From Ferruginibacter sp. (lineage in GTDB: Bacteria; Bacteroidota; Bacteroidia; Chitinophagales; Chitinophagaceae): DNA of 64,000 bases. The DNA is taken from assembly GCA_039918155.1 (NCBI GenBank), contig JBDSIB010000073.1, positions 15,573 to 79,572 of the forward strand. Direction: 5' to 3'. Under the pieces are notes generated by a model. The model was given only the letters and a program-made list of their open reading frames with translations. It was not told where the DNA came from and did no database searches. Position 1 is the stretch's first letter. Each line of letters begins with the position of its first letter. Position numbers and translations under genes: made by a program. Shown piece by piece: positions 10,185 to 19,449 of this stretch.

Positions 10185-10546
10185 GAGCGTTATTGCTCTT
10201 TTTTTGGGATGAAGTTATTACTGCTTCTAATAGTACATAAACTCAAATAACGGGGGAACTATACCTATCTTACTATCGTAAAAATACGTTCTTTAAGTTT
10301 TAAAATAATTATTAAAATGTCCTGTATATCAATGCTATAGAACATCTCAGCTCATTTTTTAATTATAAGGCATTAGTAGAAAACTATTTTGCTTGCAAGA
10401 AATATGCTGAGTACGGTTTTTCTATTGTGTAAAAATAGTACCATTCTTTTAAAGGCAACTATTCCTACAACCTTAGCTGATCTGTAATTAGATAGAAGAA
10501 TTATGTAAGATTTTCAATTGGGAAAGATGAGCTCGTAGAGCATATC

Positions 10547-10579
10547 AAAAAAAAACTTCCATACTAAAAAGTATGGAAG
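10547..10579 (-). terminator. intrinsic terminator of ncRNA copy 2
   Basis: perfect 10-bp stem CTTCCATACT-TTTT-AGTATGGAAG followed by 9 T on the minus strand. Confidence 0.8.
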
Positions 10580-11038
10580 CCTAATTTGTTAAACCAACTT
10601 TTTTGCTTGTTGGTTTTTCAGGATGGTTTACTTTTCTGAGGGGGCTCATTATAGTAAAATATCTTTATCCTGGTTTCAGTTTGGTTTCGCCTCGCTCTTC
10701 GCTTTGGCTTAGGATATTGGTTATTAGTTTTTTTAAGGCCGGGGACAACTTTTTTTCAGCTCGGATATTGGTTCGATTTGGCTTTCTACAGGAATTAGAT
10801 TGTAGTTTTGCTATCGCTTTTTAGAGCGTAAGCATTGGATATTGGTTTTTGGTCGGTTCTTCTATTAGATATTCTGGATCTTAAAACGTATGCTTAATTT
10901 TAAAAAGTAGAAGTTGACTGATATTGAATTTTAATGGCTTTTCTTCTTTCGAGTTTTTGGATATTGGAAAACTTAGTTTGGCTTTATCAGGATTCTTTGG
11001 ATAATGATTGATACTTAATCGCTATCAATCAACTTCTG
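10547..11038 (-). ncRNA. putative large structured ncRNA, copy 2 (about 490 nt), family not recognised
   Basis: Paralogue of 9677..10150 with a near-identical 130-nt block (10909-11039 vs 10019-10151); four exact CCAATATCC motifs. Confidence 0.65.
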
Positions 11039-11041
11039 ACA

Positions 11042-11072
11042 CAAAGATGCGGCGCTGACAGTTGCGTAACAA
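11042..11072 (-). promoter_or_regulatory. promoter of ncRNA copy 2
   Basis: minus strand TTG (11072-11070), 20-nt spacer, CATCTTTG (11049-11042); elements conserved while the spacer diverges from copy 1. Confidence 0.55.
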
Positions 11073-11202
11073 GAGCGATATTGCGCTTTTTTCGGGGTGA
11101 AGTTATTACGGAGCTCTCCGTAAATGATACACAAAACAGGAAGGGCTACTACTAAAAGTGATTTAGTAAAAATACTATTTATGAAGAAGACGAATCTAAA
11201 AT

Positions 11203-11235
11203 AAAAATGATGTATCTATTTCTAAATACATCATT
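11203..11235 (-). terminator. probable terminator of the cystathionine beta-synthase gene
   Basis: aatgatgtat...atacatcatt stem with an A-run on the left. Confidence 0.45.
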
Positions 11236-11274
11236 ATCAATATGTTATCAACTATAGTAAAAATTCGATAGGCT

Positions 11275-12630
11275 TTATTTTGAAAGGCTTTGTATAATGT
11301 CATATTTAGTAACAATATGATACATTCCACTTTCATCCTTACTAAGCACAGCTCCATTTTCACGGGTAATAAACTGGCTTAATCGTTCTACCGGAGTATC
11401 AAATCCTACTTCGGGGTAGGCCTTTTCCATTACATTTTTTACCAACTCAGACTTTACATCTGCGTTATCCAGTATCTTATCAAAAAGGCCGTTTTCAGAA
11501 ATAGCGCCGAGGTTCTCTTCGCCATTTAGCACAGGTATATTTTCTATATCGTACTTCTTCATCAAAGTGATGGCTTCCATTACAGTTTGCTCCGGTTTAA
11601 CCGCAATGATCTTCTGCGAACCACGGCCGCTCACAAGGTCTCCAAAAGTTTTTACATCTAAAAATCCTCTTTCTAGCATCCATTCGTCATTGTACACTTT
11701 TCCTACATACCTGCTACCATGATCATGAAATATCAATACAACTACATCGTCTTTTTTAAGCTTACTTTTTAATTGCAGCATTCCCTGTAAACAACTGCCC
11801 GCACTGTACCCACAAAACAATCCTTCCTCTTTGGCAATACGTCTTGCCATGACGGCCCCATCTTTATCAGTCACTTTTGTAAACTCATCTATCAAACTCA
11901 TGTCATAATTGGCAGGTACAAAGTCTTCTCCAAAGCCTTCACTAATATATGGGTAAACCTCTTTTTGATCCAATTCACCCGTCTCAAAATATTTTTTAAG
12001 TAAGGAGCCATAACTATCTATTGCCCATACTTTAATTTCAGGATTTTTTTCTTTTAAATACTGTGCTGTGCCTATAATTGTACCACCTGTACCGGTAGCT
12101 ACAACAAGGTGAGTCACCTTGCCTTCTGTCTGTTCCCAAATTTCAGGACCTGTCTGCTCATAATGTGCCTGGCGGTTTGCAAGATTATCATATTGATTTA
12201 CGTACCATGAGTTAGGAACTTCAGTTGCCAATCTTTTTGAAACAGAATAATACGAACGGGGATCCTCCGGTTCTACGTTTGTTGGACAAACAATTACTTC
12301 AGCACCTACAGCTTTTAAAATATCCGCCTTTTCTTTAGATTGTTTATCAGTAGTGGTAAAAATACATTTGTAGCCTTTTACACATGCTGCCAGGGCTAAA
12401 CCCATACCGGTGTTTCCACTGGTTCCTTCTATAATGGTTCCCCCGGGCTTTAGTTTGCCTTCTTTTTCTGCAACCTCCAGCATTTTTAAAGCCATCCTGT
12501 CTTTAATAGAATTACCGGGGTTAAAATATTCTACTTTAGCCAAAACGGTACATGGGAGCTCCTTCGTTATCTTATTTAATTTTATAAGAGGCGTATTACC
12601 AATTGTTTCCAAAATATTATTTAACCACAT
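11275..12630 (-). CDS. cystathionine beta-synthase (PLP-dependent CysK/CBS family with C-terminal CBS domains)
   Basis: IGNTPL, NPGNSIKDR (PLP Lys), EGTSGNTG, GTGGT; C-terminal CBS pair. Confidence 0.92.
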   Translation of the reverse strand: MWLNNILETIGNTPLIKLNKITKELPCTVLAKVEYFNPGNSIKDRMALKMLEVAEKEGKLKPGGTIIEGTSGNTGMGLALAACVKGYKCIFTTTDKQSKEKADILKAVGAEVIVCPTNVEPEDPRSYYSVSKRLATEVPNSWYVNQYDNLANRQAHYEQTGPEIWEQTEGKVTHLVVATGTGGTIIGTAQYLKEKNPEIKVWAIDSYGSLLKKYFETGELDQKEVYPYISEGFGEDFVPANYDMSLIDEFTKVTDKDGAVMARRIAKEEGLFCGYSAGSCLQGMLQLKSKLKKDDVVVLIFHDHGSRYVGKVYNDEWMLERGFLDVKTFGDLVSGRGSQKIIAVKPEQTVMEAITLMKKYDIENIPVLNGEENLGAISENGLFDKILDNADVKSELVKNVMEKAYPEVGFDTPVERLSQFITRENGAVLSKDESGMYHIVTKYDIIQSLSK

Positions 12631-12761
12631 ATCTTTTTTTGGTAAAGGTAATAATTATTAAACGCCTTATAAATTACCTTCATTTTTATTTAGAAATATT
12701 ACTACATCAATATCATAAAACCGACTACAACTTTAAAATCTTAATTAACTAATTTTACATA

Positions 12762-12898
12762 TAACCAATTATCCGGTGAAAGATTTATATCTTATCAAAC
12801 ACCACCAATTATCCTTGTAAAGATCACACCTCAAAACCCATGAAGAACTGTCATGGAAAAATAAAATTAAATGCCCTCTTTTTTAAGAGGGCATTTTT
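12762..12898 (+). ncRNA. putative small RNA with two CCAATTATCC motifs
   Basis: Intergenic; TAATTTTA -7-like element at 12750-12757; 21-nt direct repeat ACCAATTATCC-N4-AAAGAT at 12764 and 12804; ends in a 12-bp hairpin with a short T-run. Confidence 0.45.
12869..12898 (+). terminator. intrinsic terminator
   Basis: aaatgccctctt-tttt-aagagggcattt followed by tt. Confidence 0.7.
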
Positions 12899-13040
12899 AG
12901 TAGAATGCAGTCTAAATTTTTTTGAAATCATTTTCTACATTTATTAAAAAAAAGTAATGGTAAGTTTGGCGATAATTTCAGGTAATAATAAAATAAGAAA
13001 CTTCCTTTAAACCCTTAACCAGATAGATTTAAAATACAAA

Positions 13041-13072
13041 TAAGAAGCCTTCCTCCAACGGAAGGTTTCTTA
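13041..13072 (-). terminator. hairpin at the stop codon of the S41 peptidase gene
   Basis: taagaagccttcc-tccaac-ggaaggtttctta. Confidence 0.5.
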
Positions 13073-14689
13073 TTTTTTCAATATCTCCAATGCTTTTTTT
13101 ACAGCATTATCATCTTTATTTTCAGTTTCAAAAAATCCTTCAGATTGAAAGAGTTGGCGTGCCACAGATAATTTTAAAGCATTCTGTAAATACAGCTTTT
13201 CTTTACTATCAACATCATTCACATTGATAGAATCTTCCTGGGCCATTGTTGCAAAAAGTTTTAGATCAGCATCAGATAAGCTAAACGATTTTACAAAACT
13301 TTCTGGTGTTTTATAATTCTTTGCCATGGCAGGATTTAGCATAATGAGCCTGTAACCATAATCACTGATGACGCCTTTACTATAAACCTTTGCAGTTGTG
13401 AGTCCCATTCTGGATGTATCTACAGAAATAAAATAATCTGGCGTAATACCACCACCACCATATATTTTTTTACCAGCCCTTGTTCGATAAATTTTTGTTG
13501 TATCATTTTTAATGGAGTCGGCACTTGTTAATTCTCCTTCTTTTATCCTATTGTAAAATTCGTCATAGTATGCCTTACCACCTTCAGCGTAAGAGCGTTG
13601 TATACTTCTTCCAACAGGCGTATAATAGCGTGCAATCGTTAACCTTAATGCACTGTGATCACTTAGATCAAATTGGTCCTGTACCAGGCCTTTACCAAAA
13701 GTGCGTCTACCTACAATTGTTGCTCTGTCCCAATCCTGTAAGGCGCCAATTAAAATTTCGCTGGCACTTGCAGTTCCTTCATTTGCCAATACAACCAGTT
13801 CACCTTTTTCAAACTGGCCTTCCCTACGACAACGATATTCTTTTTTGGCAACATGGGCACCTTGTGTGTAGGTTATCAGTTTATCGCCATCTAAAAATTC
13901 ATCTGCTATTTCTACCGCTTCATCTAAAATACCGCCGCCATTATCTCTAAGATCCAATATCAATTTCTGCAGATGCTGGGTCTTTAATTTCTCAAGACTC
14001 GTCATAAACTCACGATAGGTTTGTGTAGAAAATTTATTTATACGGATATAACCTATGCCAGCATCCATCATATACGCCGCATCAATGCTGCTAATGGGAA
14101 TAATGCCTCTTGAAATATCAACCGTTTTTAATTGGCCATTTCTTAATACGGTTAAATGAACTTTAGAATTCAAAGTTCCTCTTAATAGCTTTCTTATTTC
14201 GTCGATACGAACTTTTTTTCCTGAAATGCTGCTGTCGCCTGCTTTTAAAATACGGTCACCTGTTAAAAGGCCGGCTTTAAATGCAGGGCCATCTTTCAAA
14301 ACATTAATTACATTCAGCGAATCATTTATTATGCTGAACTCTATACCAATTCCAAAAAAGCTTCCCTGTATGTCTTCATTTACTTTTTCAAGATCTTCTG
14401 CAGGAATGAATGCAGAGTGTGGATCTAACTGAGATAATAAAGCCTGAATGGCCGTATCAGAGATCGCTTTCAAATTAACAGTATCAACATACCGGTTTTT
14501 TATCAGATCCAGAATTTCCTGCACGGGCCTTGCTTTTTCTACATAAAAAAAAGACTTACCTGGCATCCTGTCCCTCATTTTGTAACCTATAAACATACCT
14601 GCTATCATGGTAATGCTGAAGAGCAGCGGCAACCATACCTGGATTTTCCTTTTTTTCATCATCAAAAAAATATTAAACCGGTTTTTCAT
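13070..14689 (-). CDS. S41 family carboxyl-terminal processing protease (PDZ + S41)
   Basis: LDPHS, GIGIEF PDZ loop, DLRDNGGG, ASASEI, TFGKGLVQ; true start probably MKKRKIQ a few codons downstream. Confidence 0.93.
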   Translation of the reverse strand: MKNRFNIFLMMKKRKIQVWLPLLFSITMIAGMFIGYKMRDRMPGKSFFYVEKARPVQEILDLIKNRYVDTVNLKAISDTAIQALLSQLDPHSAFIPAEDLEKVNEDIQGSFFGIGIEFSIINDSLNVINVLKDGPAFKAGLLTGDRILKAGDSSISGKKVRIDEIRKLLRGTLNSKVHLTVLRNGQLKTVDISRGIIPISSIDAAYMMDAGIGYIRINKFSTQTYREFMTSLEKLKTQHLQKLILDLRDNGGGILDEAVEIADEFLDGDKLITYTQGAHVAKKEYRCRREGQFEKGELVVLANEGTASASEILIGALQDWDRATIVGRRTFGKGLVQDQFDLSDHSALRLTIARYYTPVGRSIQRSYAEGGKAYYDEFYNRIKEGELTSADSIKNDTTKIYRTRAGKKIYGGGGITPDYFISVDTSRMGLTTAKVYSKGVISDYGYRLIMLNPAMAKNYKTPESFVKSFSLSDADLKLFATMAQEDSINVNDVDSKEKLYLQNALKLSVARQLFQSEGFFETENKDDNAVKKALEILKK

Positions 14690-14787
14690 TTAAACCAGGC
14701 TGCGAAGATAATTTTTTAAACCCAATTATATTTTGCATAAAATTTACAACGGAATGATTTACCTTGACATTTCAAATGGCATAATAG

Positions 14788-15633
14788 ATGACTCCAGTAT
14801 TAATTGCCGATAGTGGCTCCAGTAAAACAGAATGGTGTTTAGTTATTGATAAAAGAAAGAAGACGATTGTTACACAAGGCATGAGCCCTTACTTTTTATC
14901 TAGCGAACAGATAAAGGAAATAATTGCTGATAAAGTTTTCCCAAAAATAAAAGATACCCTTCCTGAAAAAATATTTTTCTACGGTACAGGTTGCAGCAAT
15001 GCCGGCAATGTCGCAATAGTGAAGAATGCTTTCAAATCAGTATTTAAAAAAGCTGCTATACATGTAGACCACGACCTGATGGGTGCGGCCAAAGCTTTAT
15101 GTGGTAATGAAAAAGGCGTTGCATGTATTTTAGGAACGGGCTCAAACTCCTGCTATTACAACGGAAAAAAAATAGTCAAAAATAGCCCAGGCCTTGGTTA
15201 TGTATTAGGGGATGAAGGAAGTGGGGCTTATCTGGGTAAAAAGGTCATACAATATTATCTATATAACACTTTTGATGAAGACCTGATGGACAGATTTGAT
15301 GCTAAATACAAAACTACATCCTCAGAGATTCTGGATGCTGTGTATAAACAACCGCTTCCCAATAAATATCTTGCTAATTTTACTCACTTCCTTACAGAAA
15401 ACAGGGGACATTTTATGATTGAAAATATCATTGAAGATTCTTTTAATGATTTCTTTTTTAACCATATTTATAAATACCGGGAGAGCTGGACCATGCCTAT
15501 AAACTTTACGGGTGGTGTTGCTTTTGCTTTTAAAGATGTATTAAAAGAGATGTGCCATACCTACGAGTTACAACTTGGCAAGGTATTACAAAGACCAATG
15601 GAAGGATTAATAAAATTTCATTCACAAAATTAA
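14788..15633 (+). CDS. BadF/BadG-type N-acetylglucosamine/N-acetylmuramic acid kinase
   Basis: IADSGSSKTEW, ILGTGSN, LGYVLGDEGSG; adjacent to murQ. Confidence 0.88.
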   Translation: MTPVLIADSGSSKTEWCLVIDKRKKTIVTQGMSPYFLSSEQIKEIIADKVFPKIKDTLPEKIFFYGTGCSNAGNVAIVKNAFKSVFKKAAIHVDHDLMGAAKALCGNEKGVACILGTGSNSCYYNGKKIVKNSPGLGYVLGDEGSGAYLGKKVIQYYLYNTFDEDLMDRFDAKYKTTSSEILDAVYKQPLPNKYLANFTHFLTENRGHFMIENIIEDSFNDFFFNHIYKYRESWTMPINFTGGVAFAFKDVLKEMCHTYELQLGKVLQRPMEGLIKFHSQN

Positions 15634-15637
15634 ATTT

Positions 15638-16453
15638 ATGGCTTTTAAGAAGATAACTGAGTCTGATTCCCATTATCATCACTTGGAGAAAATGAAAATT
15701 AAGCAGTTGCTTATTAATATTAATGAAGAAGATAAAAAAGTACCCGAAGTAATTGAAAGAGTAATACCAGAAATAGAATTATTGATTCAAGCGGTGGTAG
15801 ATAAAATGTTATTAGGGGGTAGATTATTTTATATAGGTGCAGGCACCAGTGGACGCCTTGGCATTGTAGATGCAAGTGAATGCCCGCCGACGTACGGCGT
15901 GCCACATGGCCTTGTAGTTGGTGTTATTGCAGGTGGAGTAAAAGCAATAACTGAAGCTGTTGAATCTGCAGAAGATAATACCGAACAGGGTTGGATTGAT
16001 CTGCAGGAGCACAATATAAATGATGCAGATGTGGTTATTGGTATTGCGGCCAGCGGAACTACACCTTATGTTATCAATGCTTTAAACAGATGTAGGGAAA
16101 ATAATATTGTCACAGGTAGTATTTGCTGCAATCCCGATGCTCCTTTAAGTGCAGCGGCAGATTTCCCCGTAGAAGTAGTGGTAGGGCCTGAATTTGTAAC
16201 GGGTAGTACAAGAATGAAAAGCGGCACGGCCCAAAAACTGGTGCTTAATATGATCTCTACAGCAACCATGATACAGCTCGGCAGGGTAGAAGATAATAAA
16301 ATGGTGAATATGCAGCTTACCAACGATAAAGTAGTAGACCGCGGGGTAAAAATGGTAATGGAAAACCTGAAGATCTCAGATTACGACCTGGCTAAAAAAC
16401 TGCTGCTGCAATATGGTACTGTAAAAAAAGCCATGAAAAACTACCAGCCATAA
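15638..16453 (+). CDS. murQ: N-acetylmuramic acid 6-phosphate etherase
   Basis: GAGTSGRLG, DASECPPTYG, GSTRMKSGTAQK. Confidence 0.96.
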   Translation: MAFKKITESDSHYHHLEKMKIKQLLININEEDKKVPEVIERVIPEIELLIQAVVDKMLLGGRLFYIGAGTSGRLGIVDASECPPTYGVPHGLVVGVIAGGVKAITEAVESAEDNTEQGWIDLQEHNINDADVVIGIAASGTTPYVINALNRCRENNIVTGSICCNPDAPLSAAADFPVEVVVGPEFVTGSTRMKSGTAQKLVLNMISTATMIQLGRVEDNKMVNMQLTNDKVVDRGVKMVMENLKISDYDLAKKLLLQYGTVKKAMKNYQP

Positions 16454-16519
16454 AATTTTATTGCAGTCATGAAAATTAAATAGTAAATTGGTTAAGCATT
16501 ATTAACCAAAATTTACTTT

Positions 16520-17761
16520 ATGAAATTTAAACTTCTACTCAGCATTTGTTTTTTCACAACAGCATTTACAGCATCTGCGCAAAAAAATAATATTGCGTAT
16601 GCCATCACCGGTGATGGAGTTAATAACTTTAACTGGATGAATATCCGGGAGGTTAACCTTAGCACAGGCCAAATTGAAAAAACTATTTTTGATCATTCTA
16701 AAACTGCTTTTTCGTTAACGGATGTTTCCACAAAAACTACTACTGATCAATCTTCTTTGTCTACAATCGGTCCGGCTGCCAACCCTACAACTTCTTTTGT
16801 AGCTGCAGCAGCTTTTGATAAAAGAAGTAACCGCCTTTATTTTATGCCAATGCTTGGTAATGAACTTCGCTGGCTTGAGCTTGATTCAAAAAATAAAACA
16901 CCACAGTTTTATACATTAACAAGTATTGTACTAAACACCGGAAGCATGAATGATGAGGCCAATCATATTACCCGAATGGTAATTGCGTCTGACGGTAATG
17001 GTTATGCCGTTACAAATGATGGCAACCATCTTATTCAATTTACTACTGGTAAAAAACCGGTATTGACTGATCTTGGTAATTTGGTTGATGCAGAGCAGAA
17101 TAGCGGTGTTTCAATTCACAACAAATGCAGCAGTTGGGGCGGCGATATGCTGGCAGATGCTTTTGGGAAATTGTACATCATCTCTGCAAGCAGGAATGTA
17201 TTTACCGTAGATATTGACACAAGGATCACCACATTTAAAGGGTTTATTTCCGGCTTACCGTCAAATTACAGCACTAACGGTGCTGCAGTAGATGCTGATG
17301 GAAATATTATTGTAAGCAGTGCAAATGTGTTTGAAGGATATTATAAATTAAAGCTTTCTGACCTGGCTGCTGTAAAAATTGAAGGCTCTGATAAAGTTTA
17401 CAATGCATCAGACCTGGCAAACAGTAATTTATTATTGCAGAAAGAAGCAGATGCCAGCAACAAGTTTGATTTTTTACCACCTACTTATGCCGCAGACGCT
17501 GTAAGCAATAAAGTATTTCCAAACCCTGTAACAGGTAATTCTTTTAAAATATTGCTAGATGGATACAAAGAAGGCGGCTACAGTATTTTACTTACAGATA
17601 TTGCAGGCCGTGCTTTACAAATTACTAAATTAAATATGGCTAAAGGTCAGGAGTATCAAACTGTAGTGCTTGCCACAAGACCTACCCCAGGCACTTATCT
17701 TGTAAAAGTTTTAAATGGTCAACAACAAATTATACTTACAGAAAAATTAATTATTCAGTAA
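16520..17761 (+). CDS. T9SS type A sorting-domain secreted protein (beta-propeller-like)
   Basis: Signal peptide; C-terminal VFPNP...PGTYLVKV...TEKLIIQ. Confidence 0.85.
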   Translation: MKFKLLLSICFFTTAFTASAQKNNIAYAITGDGVNNFNWMNIREVNLSTGQIEKTIFDHSKTAFSLTDVSTKTTTDQSSLSTIGPAANPTTSFVAAAAFDKRSNRLYFMPMLGNELRWLELDSKNKTPQFYTLTSIVLNTGSMNDEANHITRMVIASDGNGYAVTNDGNHLIQFTTGKKPVLTDLGNLVDAEQNSGVSIHNKCSSWGGDMLADAFGKLYIISASRNVFTVDIDTRITTFKGFISGLPSNYSTNGAAVDADGNIIVSSANVFEGYYKLKLSDLAAVKIEGSDKVYNASDLANSNLLLQKEADASNKFDFLPPTYAADAVSNKVFPNPVTGNSFKILLDGYKEGGYSILLTDIAGRALQITKLNMAKGQEYQTVVLATRPTPGTYLVKVLNGQQQIILTEKLIIQ

Positions 17762-17784
17762 AATATTTTATGGGTTATAAGTTC

Positions 17785-17812
17785 GAGGCTGCCATTGGCA
17801 GCCTCTTTTTTT
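17785..17812 (+). terminator. intrinsic terminator
   Basis: gaggctgcc-att-ggcagcctc followed by 7 T. Confidence 0.85.
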
Positions 17813-17903
17813 GTAAATATTATACAGCATTTCATTCAGAAATAAAAATATTGCTTCTGTATGTTTTAATTGGTTTTGGCACAATTTTGCACAAATAAAT
17901 TAT

Positions 17904-18467
17904 ATGCAGGATATAGAACCATATTATAACTGGCGACATCTTTACTCGGCAGAAGAAGATAAGCAATCTCCTTTTTACCGCCGCTCTTACAGTGAGTTTG
18001 AATATTCCCAAACGCTTTATAATTATTACATACATCCACAATGGGATTTTTTTGGTTCCAAAACGCTGTACATGAAAATTCTCTATGCAGATCATGATCT
18101 TCACTTTGTAATTATTGAATTACTCGGCGAATGGAACGATGCAATTGAAAATGATATTATGACAATGCGGCGTGATATAACGGATCAACTATTTCAACAA
18201 GGCATTACGAAATTCATCCTGATAGCAGAAAATGTTTTGAATTTTCATAGCAGTGATGATAGTTATTACGAGGAATGGCACGAACAATTGGAAGATGACA
18301 ATGGCTGGGTAGCAATATTAAATATGCCCGAACAAAGCCAGTATGATTTTAAAAGAGCAAGGCTCACTAACTATATTCAATTGCTCGAAATGCCTCAATG
18401 GCGCACTTTACTACCGGAATATATTTTTCAGATAATTGATGAAGAAATGCGGATGAGGTTACAGTAG
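17904..18467 (+). CDS. conserved hypothetical protein
   Basis: 187-aa acidic/aromatic ORF (IEPYYNWR, YNYYIHPQWD, GEWND) resembling a conserved Bacteroidota family. Confidence 0.75.
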   Translation: MQDIEPYYNWRHLYSAEEDKQSPFYRRSYSEFEYSQTLYNYYIHPQWDFFGSKTLYMKILYADHDLHFVIIELLGEWNDAIENDIMTMRRDITDQLFQQGITKFILIAENVLNFHSSDDSYYEEWHEQLEDDNGWVAILNMPEQSQYDFKRARLTNYIQLLEMPQWRTLLPEYIFQIIDEEMRMRLQ

Positions 18468-18738
18468 CCCGACATTGGTTATCTGTTTAGTCTTGGTTCT
18501 ATTTTTCATTGCAAGGCCGCCACAAAGCCTACCCAAAATGCCTCAGCGGGGTTTTTATTGCAAGCTTCCTTAAGTAAGGTTTGTCAGCGCTATAAGCTCA
18601 ACCCAATATCTTCATTGCAACATTTCAGTAAGAAATTTGTTGTTAAATCTAACACATCAAAAAAAATAAAATTCAATATCGGTAATTGGCCTTGGCATCG
18701 TACTTTTGCACCTCCATTACTTCACACACATATTCAAT

Positions 18739-19449
18739 ATGACCTGGAAACATTTTTTTAGTTCTTCTCTCGGGAAAAAATACACAATGGGCCTTACCGG
18801 TTTTTTTCTGATCACATTTTTATTAGTTCATTGCTTTATAAATTCAATGATATTTTTTAATGATGGCGGCGAAACCTTTAACCATTGGGGACATTTTATG
18901 GGTAGCAATCTTATTATCCGAACGATGGAAATAGGGCTGTTTGTATTTTTAATCATACATATAGTGCAGGGACTTATTTTGTGGAAACAAAACAGATCAG
19001 CCCGGCCGATAAGATATGCAGTAGCTCATCCTGAAAGAAATAGTACCTGGTACAGCCGCAGTATGGGCCTGCTGGGAACATTGGTTTTAATGTTTTTGAT
19101 TCTGCACCTTTATCATTTTTGGGTGCCATCGAGGTTTGGTGGTATGGCTAACATTCATCCATTGGAAACTACAACTCTGGGCGATTATGCCAACCAGGAA
19201 GCCCATAACCTTTACCGTGAAATGCAGGTCGTTTTTCAAAATGTTTGGGTTGTAATTATTTATGTGTTAGGTGTATTTTCATTGTGCTGGCATTTGCTGC
19301 ATGGTTTTCAAAGTGCTTTTCAAACATTTGGTATCAATCACAAAAAGTATTCGCCTATTATTAAAACAATTGGTTTTGCATATTCAATTATAATATGTCT
19401 TTTGTTTGCACTGATGCCAATTTCGATTTATATGAATTGGATTAATTAA
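18739..19449 (+). CDS. sdhC: succinate dehydrogenase/fumarate reductase cytochrome b subunit
   Basis: MGLTGFFLITFLLVH, HLLHGFQSAFQT; start moved to ATG 18739 because a TACTTTTG -7 element lies at 18701-18708. Confidence 0.93.
   Translation: MTWKHFFSSSLGKKYTMGLTGFFLITFLLVHCFINSMIFFNDGGETFNHWGHFMGSNLIIRTMEIGLFVFLIIHIVQGLILWKQNRSARPIRYAVAHPERNSTWYSRSMGLLGTLVLMFLILHLYHFWVPSRFGGMANIHPLETTTLGDYANQEAHNLYREMQVVFQNVWVVIIYVLGVFSLCWHLLHGFQSAFQTFGINHKKYSPIIKTIGFAYSIIICLLFALMPISIYMNWIN

Noticed and set aside
10603-10824. 73-aa ORF within ncRNA copy 2
   Set aside because: TTG start, and the frame is not preserved in paralogous copy 1
9677-11038. tmRNA, RNase P or a cobalamin riboswitch (smpB and a BtuF-like gene are nearby)
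   Set aside because: No tRNA-like ends or tag peptide, no RNase P P4 consensus and no B12 box recognised; two complete paralogous units do not fit. A cmscan run is still needed
12764-12824. Mini-CRISPR (two 21-nt repeats)
   Set aside because: Only two imperfect, non-palindromic repeats with a 19-nt gap and no cas genes
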